This document shows, one piece after another, positions 53,654 through 64,000 of a DNA stretch of 64,000 nucleotides. The DNA is taken from NCBI GenBank assembly GCA_951406725.2, contig OX597814.1, forward strand, positions 107,756,001-107,820,000, in the 5' to 3' direction. The translations under genes and the position numbers were made by a program. The notes under the pieces are model-generated. The model made no database searches. It saw only the letters and a program-made list of their open reading frames with translations, and was not told the DNA's origin. The stretch's first letter is position 1. Each line of letters starts with the position of its first letter. The DNA comes from Octopus vulgaris. Its lineage: Eukaryota.

Positions 53654-54279
53654 ATATATATACTCACACACATGGATAAGTACGAATGTAAGTGAAAACA
53701 CACAGGCATGCACGCTCGGATACGTAAGTGTTTATGTATAGAAATATCGAAATATAGGACTGCATGCATGCACGTGTGCGCGCGTGTGTGTCGAGTATTG
53801 TATATGTGTTTATATGTACGGGTAGATGTATATAAATATATGCATATATGTATGTATATTTATGTAAAGGCAGTGTTCCAGCATGGTCACAGTCAAATGA
53901 CTGAAACCACTAAAAGAATTAAAGAATTTATAAATGCGATCGATCTCGCAAACACAATATAAGCTGTTTATCCGCCAAATTTGCTGCGGGATTGCATTTA
54001 GCGAGACTCCCTGATAACGATAGATGTGAAAACACCTAAAAACTATACATCAGGTAAGTCTCCTTAGAATATCCATTTACTTCACTTTCTCTATAAATTC
54101 GATCGTTTTCCTTTTTAAATATTATTTATTCATAATGCTAGTCGGTGAATGGGTCATCTAGTTTTACCATGCTAAAGTTTTGCTTGAGGATTGTGGAGTT
54201 TGCTGTGATGTAATCTAAAAATGCGTCAATAAAAGGCTACCAAAACGAGTGTAGTAAATTTTATACACACACACATATA

Positions 54280-54410
54280 AGAGGTCTGATCAAAAATTAC
54301 AACCTGCATCACTTCGGTATTTAATCCCCTTCGAAGAAGTCCCTTCGGAAGTCACATACTTCATATCTGTTACCATAGCTACAGTTCCGATACATTTTGA
54401 TCAAACCTTC
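54280..54410 (-). mobile_element. Mariner-derived miniature remnant
   Basis: gaggtctgatcaaaa / ttttgatcaaacct TIR-like ends; internal ..SEG-DFFEGD* mariner C-terminus with a frameshift. Confidence 0.55.
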
Positions 54411-54518
54411 CTTGCGCACGCGTGTTTTATCTATGTTTGTATGTACATATATAGTCTCCATGCTTGACTGCTAAATCCACGGTTTTTTTTTTCATGCTCT
54501 GTTTATTTTCTCTTATTC

Positions 54519-54554
54519 CTTTCTGTTGAAGAGCGTAGGCTCGAAACATAAAAG
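54519..54554 (+). ncRNA. Hammerhead motif, A6U variant family (solo pLTR)
   Basis: cttt-CTGTTGA-a-gagc(gtag)gctc-GAAA-ca-TA-aaag. Confidence 0.6.
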
Positions 54555-54844
54555 ACTTTTTCATCTTTCCTTTTCCCAAGCGTCAAACTAATACGCCTGC
54601 TTGTTGTTCATACACATGTGTTCGTCTTTTGTTTTTCTACAAATTTCAGTTACATATACATATATATTTATACACACAAGTATGTAAGTATAAATGTATA
54701 TATACATCTATGTATGTATATATTTTATTTATTTTTTATTTTATTTTTTATTTTATCTAGTTTCAGCTCACGAGCTGTGGCCATGCTGGAGCGCCGCCAT
54801 CTATATATATATAAATATTTATATATATATGTTTGCATACATAC

Positions 54845-54922
<78 letters not shown>

Positions 54923-55584
54923 GAACACATACGTCCACATGCACTTATATACTAATGATGTAAATAAATACATGGCAGGTATACATAATACTGAAATACA
55001 TATAAACACATGCAGACAAATATATTAATATAACAAATTAAAAATAATAAAAACAATAACATAAAAAAACACTATAGAAATCAATGAACGGGCAAAAGAA
55101 ACAGTAAGATGATAAATGTTGACTTTATTAGGTAACAGGTCATTTCACAGACACTAAACTATAAATTTCACAGGGTACAACCTTAAAGTTAACACCGCTA
55201 CAACACAGAAAACTTCTGCTTCACTATTGGCTAAAGATACACAATTTTTTTTTTTCGATTTTTAAACCTCTGACGGTTTCCTCAATTTTTTTTCTCCACA
55301 AGATCACGGTTTCACAGCAATCAGAGTGGAAAACTACATAAATACAACCGATTTTCAGATTTTTTACTTCCTTCTAAAAAATGCAGATTCAGTGAATCAA
55401 TTGAGTTCAATCCAATGTCTGTAATGAAAGTAGCATTAATTCTTAAGGACCTTCAATTTCTCTCAACTGATCAATGCACCAACTGAGTAAACCAACCAAA
55501 CGTAACCCTTTAATGGTTACTGGAAACAGCTGTAAGTCTAATTTACTAGAGTAAAGGAATATGGAACAACCATTATTGATGCTT

Positions 55585-55631
<47 letters not shown>

Positions 55632-55834
55632 CATACATACATACATGTGTGTGTGTGGACATTTTTGGCATTCTTTATTCTCCATTTCCCGTAGGAATCA
55701 CAAAGATTTATATTTTATATAGACATGTAAGGAATTTCCTATTAGAGAAATCGTCAGACAGAAAATTTTAAGATACAGATGTGATTTATAAGTGGATATA
55801 CTTCAAGAGGAAACAGCTGAGGTTTAACCTAAAC

Positions 55835-55880
<46 letters not shown>

Positions 55881-55943
55881 GCCCTGATAGATCGCTAGAC
55901 ACTAAACCTTTTCTATTTTCTCTCTCTCTTTATTTCTGTGTTG

Positions 55944-55979
55944 CTTTCTGTCGAAGAGCATAGGCTCGAAACGTAAAAG
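55944..55979 (+). ncRNA. Hammerhead motif, A6U variant family (solo pLTR)
   Basis: cttt-CTGTCGA-a-gagc(atag)gctc-GAAA-cg-TA-aaag. Confidence 0.65.
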
Positions 55980-56089
55980 ACTTTCTCACCTTCCCGCGCG
56001 TTAAACTAATACATCTGTTTGTTTACACACCCGTCTTCGTCTTTTGTCTTGTATTTTTTTTGTAAATTCTCATTATATATATATATATG

Positions 56090-56181
<92 letters not shown>

Positions 56182-56603
56182 TACTCTTTTACTTGTTTCA
56201 GTCATTTTGACTGTGGCCGTGCTGGAGCACCACCTTTAGTCGAGCAAATCGCCCCCAGGACTTATTCTTTGTAAGCCTAGTACTTATTCTATCGCTCTCT
56301 TTTGCCGAACCGCTAAGTAAACACACCAGCATTGCTTGTCAAGCGGTGTTGGGGGGGACAAACACAGACACACAAGCATATACACACACAAGCATATACA
56401 CACACATACATATATACATATATATATATATACACACACACACACATATATACGATGGGCTTCTTTCAGTTTCCATCTACCAAATCCACTCACAAGGCTT
56501 TGGTCGGTCCCAAAACACTTGCCCAAGGTGCCACGCAGTGGGACTGAACCTGGAACCATGTAGTTGGTAAGCAAGCTACTTACCACACAGCCACTCCTAT
56601 GCC
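56182..56603 (-). mobile_element. SINE family A
   Basis: Reverse complement of 10976-11378. Confidence 0.88.
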
Positions 56604-56685
56604 TAAAATATATATATATGTATGTATCATCTGTAAAAAACATGAATCCAAATAAGAAACACACTCTAAGATGAAGAGCAGTATC

Positions 56686-56922
56686 TATTAAAAATGGGGA
56701 AGGCTTGTTTATGGTATTACCTTAAGTTTCCCATCTATAAAGGGTTTAGCTTTATGGCATATCGTCAGATCCCAAACCTGTTGGTCCAAGACCTCTTTAG
56801 AATATTTTAAAAAGGTTTGGGACCAACAGGTTTTGGGATCTGACTATACGCCATAAAGGTAAACCATTTATAGACGATGAACCTAAAGTAATCCCATAAA
56901 CCAGCCTTCCACATTTTTAATA
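56686..56922. repeat. Fold-back element with head-to-head hammerheads (minus 56712-56774, plus 56834-56896)
   Basis: Imperfect ~115-bp arms; arm consensus tgggat-CTGACGA-stem II-GAAA-cttaag-TA-atccca. Confidence 0.75.
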
Positions 56923-57004
56923 TATATATTGTTTTTGTTTTATTGTTTTATCAGTTTCAGCTCAAAGCTGTGGCCATGCTGGGGCACCGTCGTTAACCTT
57001 CATC

Positions 57005-57890
57005 GTTATTATTGAGAGCCTCCTTTGGTATGTGGCATTTGGTGAACAACGGAGTTTGATGTCGCTACCCTCATTTGCACCCCTTGCCGTGAGGTAGATT
57101 CATCAGGGACTCGACAGGAAGAGGTCCAGTTTTGATTTGAAAACACCTACATCCACTATGTGTAGGTCCTTCAAGCTCTTTGGGAGAATATTAAAAAGCT
57201 GTGGGCCCCTGAAACCCAGGCTGTTGCAGTAACCGGTCCTGAAGCATGATGGCATTACTGGGATCTTTGGCACTGTGCGCTGGCAACCCGTTCTGGCATT
57301 TGCGTAGCTTTCACTGCCAAAATTTGACACGTGGAGGCATATGGCCTAGTGGTTAGAGCAACGGACTCACGGTCGAGGAATCGCGGGTTCGAATCTCAGA
57401 CCGGGCGACGTGTGTGTTTATGAGCGAAACACCTAAGCTCCATGCGGCTCCGGCAGAAGGTAATGGCGAACTTCTGCTGACTCTTTCGCCACAATTTTCT
57501 CTCACTCTTTCCTCTTGCATTTTGCAGTTCACCTGCGATGGACTGGCGTCCCGTCCATGTGGGGAACCTATACGCCAAAGAAACCGGGAAACAGGCCCTC
57601 ATGAGCCAGGCCCTCATGAGCCAGGCATGGCGCGAGAAGGAACAAACAATACAACATAAACAAAATTTGACATAATCCCTTCCAGGATCTTCCTGATGTA
57701 TATTACTGCATATCTCTCCCGCATTCGCTCGAGGGAGTAGGGTCTTAGCTGTTTCAGCCTTTCCCAGTAGCTGAGCTGTTGCAACGAGAAGACCTTCTTT
57801 GTGAAGTTTCGCTGGATTGCTTCAAGGTCCGCTGTTAGTTTTACACTGTGACCATAGCTTGGGAGCTGTTGTCCCAGGTGGCTGAGGATG
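57005..57890 (-). mobile_element. CR1-clade LINE 3' fragment interrupted by a SINE
   Basis: LSYWERLKQL..SLE, RGPQLFNILPKSLKDL..FKSKLDLFL. Confidence 0.82.
57330..57660 (+). mobile_element. tRNA-derived SINE family D with 12-bp TSD
   Basis: tggcctagtggttagag, ggttcgaatc; TSD caaaatttgaca at 57318-57329 and 57661-57672. Confidence 0.9.
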
Positions 57891-59050
57891 AATCCTTGTG
57901 AGTGGATTTAGCGGATGGAAACTGAAAGAAGCCCGTTGCATATACGCATATGTGTGTGTGTGTTTGTTTCCCACCACTGCTTGACAACCGGTGTTGGTTA
58001 GTTTACACCCCTTCTTCCCCCGCGACACACCGGTTCAAGAAAAAGAAAAATACCCCCCCACCCACACACACATACACATATGCAGATCATGTGTTTCCTC
58101 GCGACCTGTATACTATAAGTACCTCACTATTGCAGGAAGACCTACTTCACGAACAGCCAGTTATATCGCTATTATTATTCTTGTAGTTATCATTATTATT
58201 ATTATTATTATCATCATCATCATCATCACCATTATTATTATTGTAGTTATTATTATTATTACTATCATCATCACCTTCACCATTATTATTATTGCAGTTA
58301 TTATTACTATTATTATTATTATTATTATAATCATCATCATCACCATTATTATTATTGTAGTTATTATTATTATTATTGTTGTTGTTGTTGTTGTTGTTAC
58401 AGGACCCAGTGTGTTAGAGTACGTAACTCGATCGCTCTAACAGTGCTCCGCTTCTTATCTTTACACAAACATGTCGATAAGACCATATTTACAACATCAG
58501 CAATTCTCGTTGCTTCTCTCTCTCTTCTCCTCTCTATCCCTCTCTCTCTTTGTCTCCCTTTCTCTCTTTCTACCTATCAGTCAGCACGTCTGTCTGTCTG
58601 CCTCTCTTTTTCTGCCCCCCATTCTCTCTTTTTGTTTTTACAATGTATTATCAAATCGCTCATCGCAAGCCTCCATTTTTTCACATTCTTTCACAGAATG
58701 TTCTTAAAATACTTCGTCGTCGTGTGAAATATATTTATATTTCTATGTTCTAAATTGATAATTCATTCTGTCGCTTCCAAGCGGACGCAGCCCCAGCTCC
58801 CACCCCCACACATCTAAAACTAAGGGGTTTAGTGGAACAAAACGGCACCAGTACTTATGTATTTCAGATAAAACTTATTTCATCGACCTCTTTTGACGAA
58901 CCACTAGATAAAGGGGACGTAAACAAACCAAAATCGGTTGTCATTCGGTGATGGGGCACAACATGCACAATGATACACACTCACACATCTATTTATATAT
59001 CTGTCTGTCTGTTGTTTGTCAGCTGTTTCTCTCTCTCTCTCTCTCTCTCT

Positions 59051-59090
<40 letters not shown>

Positions 59091-59094
<4 letters not shown>

Positions 59095-60205
59095 AGGCCC
59101 AAATATTCTCTAATTTCACTGGTCCCACTCCTGAACTATATGGTCGTTACATTGACGACATTATCGGTGCCACCTCACTCGCCCGTGAACATCTAGATTC
59201 CTTCCTCTCTTTCGTCCAATCTTTCCATCCAGCCCTCCACTTCACTTCCACTATCTCCAACACCTCTGTCTCCTTCCTCGACATTTCGGTTAGCATTCTT
59301 CACTCCACTCTTACCACCTCCATTCACTACAAACACACAGACTCACACTCATACCTCAACTTCTCTTCCTCCCACCCAGAACACACCAAGCTTTCCATCC
59401 CCTATTCCCAATTCCTCCGTCTACGTAGGCTCTGTAGTGACGACCATGACTTTGAGACTCAGTCTCAACGTATGGCTCACCACTTCACCCTACGTGGATA
59501 CCCCCTCACCACTATCCACACCGCCCTTGCCAGAGCACGGTCCGTGGACCGTGTATCTGCTCTCTCTCCCCGAACCCGCCCTGTAGTCTCCCGCCTCCCT
59601 TTTCCCCTCACTTACCACCCCACGACCCTACGTCTCCAACGCACCATTCTTCGAGCTTTCCGTCATCTCCAGTCCGACCCGTCCACTTCACACCTCTTCC
59701 CTAACCGACCCCTCCCCTCTTTCGAACGAGCCCACAACCTTCGAGACCTTTTGGTCCATAGCTCCTTCCCTGACCCTACCTCCCAACCCGGCTCGTTCCC
59801 CTGCTCCCGCCCACGTTGCCGCACTTGCCCTTACCTCTCCAACACCACCCGCCTCACTAGCACCCACCATCGACCCTATCCCATCATCCACTCCTTCACC
59901 TGCACCTCCAGCAATATTATCTATTGCGTCTCTTGCTCTCTCTGCAATTCCTTGTACATCGGACAAACGGGACGCCGCTTGGCTGACCGGTTCGCGGAAC
60001 ACCTTCGTGACATCCACCTTGCGAACGACACACCGGTCTCACGCCATTTCCGCTCCACCGGTCACTCCTTGCAACACCTATCTGTGTTCGGTTTGTCCTT
60101 ACACAGAGGCCATCCGGATTCCCGTTTGCGCCGTGAACAGGAATTAATCTTCTCTCTTCGCTCTTATACGCCATTTGGTCTCAACTCTCCCCCCTCCTCA
60201 TCTAA
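59091..60205 (+). CDS. PLE RT-GIY-YIG ORF fragment; true end probably ~60205
   Basis: The ORF-track start (59016) and C-terminal extension run through microsatellite and pyrimidine tracts; the conserved protein ends after PFGLN. Confidence 0.85.
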
Positions 60206-60967
60206 CCCCCTCACCCCCCTCCTCACCTATCCTTCCCCCCGACCCCTACTTCTTCAGTCCTTCATCCTTTCACCCCTACTCCCCTTCCCTTCTTCCCCCT
60301 CCCTCCTTCCCTCTTCCCCTTCCCTCTGCTCCCTCACTCCCCTTCTCTCCCTCCCTCCCCCTCTTTTCTCCTTCCTCTCCTCTTCCCCCCTCTTCTTCCC
60401 CTCCCCTTCTCCCCTCCCCCTCTTCTCCTCACTACACCACACCACTTTACACATCACATCATATATGATGTGCCATACTAATACATACACCAACTAATAC
60501 ATACTAATACGTACTAATACATACTAATACATACTAATACATACACCAACCCTATACATACACACGTCCAGACCCCTCATACGCACTTACACTCTCTCAT
60601 ACACACACACACACACACTTATACATACTAATACGTACTAATACATACTAATACATACTAATACATACGCCTGTCCAGACCTATCCTACGCACTAATACT
60701 CTCTTATACACACACACACACACACACACACCCTTATACATACTAATACATACACCAACCCTATACATACACACGTCCAGACCCCTCCTACGCACTAATA
60801 GGTGGTCATTCAACCCTGTTATCAACCCTATTATCTCCCCTTATTTCGTTCTCGCGTCTCATGTTTGATCTTTGACTTCTGGCCGAAATCAGATCGCCAT
60901 GTTGATTCGTTAGTTACTGCACGCATTTTTTTCTCTCCTTCTTTCTGTGTTTTTTTCTCTCTGTGTA

Positions 60968-61005
60968 TCTTTCTGTTGAAGAGCGTAGGCTCGAAACGTT
61001 AAAGA
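60968..61005 (+). ncRNA. Hammerhead motif, A6U variant, in the PLE pLTR
   Basis: tcttt-CTGTTGA-a-gagc(gtag)gctc-GAAA-cg-TT-aaaga; 5-bp stem I. Confidence 0.7.
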
Positions 61006-61102
61006 CTTGTTTTATTTATATTTCCTGAGCGCCATACTAATACAATTGTTTGTTTGTTTTCCACCTGCCTTCGTCTTTTGTCTATTTTCATAAAGCTTCC
61101 CG

Positions 61103-61174
<72 letters not shown>

Positions 61175-61176
<2 letters not shown>

Positions 61177-61502
61177 ATATTGTATAAAGGACCATGGGTG
61201 AGGCCAGAACAATGCGAAGTAAATGCAAGGTAAATCATAAGAAAACAAATATGTGAATTAATGTAGACTTAACTTGTATTCAAAATTTCGGGGTTATGAC
61301 CCCATTTTCAGGTAATCGACAACTGTTGCCGATGTGCACGTCGGCAGCATTCGTTTATTTTCTTGAAAATGGTGTCATAACCCCGAAATATTGAATACAA
61401 AGTAAGTCTACATTAATTCACATATTTGTTGTTTTCTTGTGATTTAAGTTGCATTTACTTCGCATTGTTTTGGCCTCGCACACGGTCCTTTATACAATAT
61501 AT
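61175..61502. repeat. Fold-back element with head-to-head hammerhead-like motifs (minus 61277-61316, plus 61357-61397)
   Basis: ~160-bp imperfect arms; consensus ttc-TTGAAAA-t-gggg(tcataa)cccc-GAAA-ta-TT-gaa. Confidence 0.7.
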
Positions 61503-61547
61503 TCTACGCAATGTTTCCATGCTTCATAGTAATTATTCCATTATATA

Positions 61548-61860
61548 TATGTGACATGTCAAAAGCACCGTCCGAACATGGCAGATGCCAGCGCCGCCTG
61601 ACTGGCGTCCGTGTCGGTGACACGTAAAAGCACCAACCGATCGTGGCCGTTTGCCAGCCTCATCTGGCCCCTGTGCCGGTGGCACATAAAAAGCACCCAC
61701 TACACTCACGGAGTGGTTGCCGTTAAGAAGCGCATCCAGCTGTAGAAACACTGCCAGATCAGACTGGAGCCTGGTGCAGCCTCCTGGCTTCCCAGACTCC
61801 AGTCGAACCGTCCAACCCATGCTAGCATGGAAAATGGACGTTAAACGATGATGATGATGA
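61548..61860 (+). mobile_element. RTE 3'-UTR fragment
   Basis: Matches the 46275-47203 terminus. Confidence 0.85.
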
Positions 61861-62518
61861 TATATATATGGAAGGAAAAATCTGAAAATGCAGGAGTCTG
61901 TTAAAAGTATTTTTAAAAGTAAAGACTTAAAAAAAAACTCCTTCCTTTCCAGTGTGGCATTCAATCAAATAATAATATAAATAATATGCATACAAGCATA
62001 TATGGGTACTGGATATCACCAAACAGTAAACAACATGAAATACGAAAACAAATGTGTTGAATACACAAACAATGAGAGAAATAAATGGAAAACAAGACAA
62101 GTAACATAAAGAACAGCCCTTCATCAGTTGTCGGCTGTCTATCTACTTCTCATTTCGAGCATTCAATGACAATATGAGTCTACAAAGGCAGTTGCTCTCA
62201 CAAATACCAAAATAAAATAGCGAACACTGGAGAACTATTTTCTTTGACAAGAGTAAAGCTAGGAGAGAGATAGACAGGATACGTCCACCTTCTGGGACAG
62301 CCCTGAAAGAAAAGAAAGATGATCACGTGAGGAAAAGAGAGATGGACGATGGTCACGTGTGAGCAACGAGAGAGAGTAAAGGAGAAAAAGGAATTAGAGA
62401 AAGGATGACAGAGAAAACAGTATACTGTAGAGTTGCACCAAAAAGATTAAGATAAACTTAATTGGAAATGGATGCCTGGCATTCAATCAAATAATGTATG
62501 TATGTATGTATGTATGTA

Positions 62519-62603
<85 letters not shown>

Positions 62604-62941
62604 ACACATACACATCACACATACACATATACACATTGTTGTTGAGTTTATTTGAGATAAAGCTATAGCCTTATGACGTCTGCCCAGAGTTGCATCACTT
62701 AGGCATTTCCCATTGATAACAGCTAAGGACCTAGAAACATCGATGTCTGGCAATCCGGAGAGATAGTGTCACTGGACAGAGATGGTGCTTTCACACCTTT
62801 TTACCAGAAGAGAAAATTTTCTCCTCGGTAACTGCAGTGACTTTGCCTTTCAGTAGTTAAAATAAGTCACAAATATATTTTAAGTAACCTAAACTTTGCT
62901 TATGCCTAAACACTGCTTGGCGCTAATATTTTGGTTATATA

Positions 62942-63183
62942 TAGGGTTGGCCAAAAGTCACCCGACAGTAAATCAAAATTCCATAAATATTTAATATTCA
63001 ATTTTAATTATTCATTCCAATTATGAAAGTTTAATAATTGAATGTTGTTTGTTAAAATCACCGGGTTTTTTGTTCAACATTTGTCTATTTATTAGCGATG
63101 TCTCATATAAAGTAATTTTTCGGTTTAATTTTGGAATTAAATGGGATTTTGACTTAATGTCAGGAGACTTTTGGCCAACCCTG
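62942..63183. mobile_element. Tc1/mariner-type MITE
   Basis: TIRs agggttggccaaaagtcacccgaca / tgtcaggagacttttggccaaccctg, TA on both sides. Confidence 0.85.
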
Positions 63184-63469
63184 TATATATGCATGTATGT
63201 ATGTATATATATATTAATAATAATATGACAACAAAAGAATGAATGAGACCTAGATATTATGTAAATAGAGGAATTTATCTATAAATAGCTCGGGCATCTG
63301 AAACTCTGAGTATTATTATGACAACTGATTGTCCTATATTATGTATATGTATGTGTATGTATGTATGTATGCATAGTGAATCCAAACAAAGAAGAACAAA
63401 CAAGAAAAAACAATAACGCGAGAACGTGATACAAATACTGTATTTGTTCAGGAAAGGAAGGGGAGAGGA

Positions 63470-63502
63470 TTTTATGTTTTGAGCAAAGCTCTTCTTCAGA
63501 AA
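63470..63502 (-). ncRNA. Decayed hammerhead in a pLTR remnant (63370-63560)
   Basis: Minus strand ttt-CTGAAGA-a-gagc(ttt)gctc-aaaa-ca-TA-aaa (CpG-type decay). Confidence 0.5.
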
Positions 63503-63791
63503 GAGAGGAAAGTCCAAAAAATGGAAGACAGAAGGAGAAAATCGTCAACGATACACATGTGGTTATATATATTTATATATATACATGTACACATACACAT
63601 ATATATGATGTGAGTGTGTGTGAAATGACAGTTCTTTTGCTCAAGAGCATAACGCATTGTCCATTCCTGGAGTTGAAACCACAATTTTACCACAATGCAT
63701 GCAACACCCTGACTACTAATGTGCATCCATACACACAAAACTCTCCACTTTACACACACATACACACACAAACACGCACACACACACATAT

Positions 63792-63952
63792 GGGTGCAGG
63801 TGTGGCTGTGTGGTAAAAAGTTTGCTTCCCAACCACATGGTTTCGGGTTCAGTCCCGATGTTTAGCACCGTGGAAAAGTGTCTTCTACTCTAGCCACGCG
63901 ATGACCAAATTTTTGTGAGTGGATTTGCTAAACAAACTGAAAGAAGCTCATC
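63792..63952 (+). mobile_element. SINE family A, 5' half
   Basis: gtggctgtgtggtaa..ggttcagtccc. Confidence 0.8.
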
Positions 63953-63961
63953 ATATATATG

Positions 63962-64000
<39 letters not shown>

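Larger units (their letters stand above)
59091..61103 (+). mobile_element. Penelope-like element (Neptune-type), 5'-truncated, inserted in (TA)n
   Basis: YGRYIDDI, FLDI, SSHP..SIPYSQFLRLRRLCS, CSRPRCRTC, IIY..YIGQTGRRLADRFAEH; 3' UTR with (catactaata)n and a hammerhead; (TA)n on both sides. Confidence 0.93.

Noticed and set aside
55265-55540. Hammerhead from CTGACGG (~55269) to GAAA-cagctg-TA (~55523)
   Set aside because: The halves are ~250 nt apart and stem I does not pair; only the 3' half is supportable.
58399-58443. Small hairpin tgttagag..ctctaaca after a TACAG acceptor-like site
   Set aside because: Too short, with no supporting open frame or donor.
60205-60497. Pro/Ser/Leu-rich C-terminal extension of the PLE ORF
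   Set aside because: Read-through into a pyrimidine tract after a probable 1-nt shift near the native stop.

Overview
Eukaryotic, AT-rich, microsatellite-saturated genomic DNA with no intact host gene visible. The SINE, RTE and Penelope repertoire looks like an Octopus/cephalopod intronic or intergenic region; this is an inference and was not checked by search. Most ORF-track entries are translations of (TA)n, (CA)n, (TATG)n or (ATT)n repeats. The real coding remnants are all transposon-derived: five Penelope-like (RT + GIY-YIG) fragments from two clades, CR1-type and RTE-type LINE 3' ends, a cluster of R4/Dong-like RLE retroelements inside one (TAA)n array, an internally deleted mariner, a MULE transposase split by a miniature LTR element, a hAT MITE, Helitron-like elements and dozens of tRNA-derived SINEs. 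The most striking layer is about 18 minimal type-I hammerhead ribozyme motifs, read by eye. They include U3-A8, A6U and long-stem-II variants, and several sit head-to-head in fold-back palindromes. There is also a recurrent pattern of inverted duplications centred on small RNA hairpins. One or two weak host micro-exon candidates are noted. Coordinates were counted by hand and element ends are approximate.
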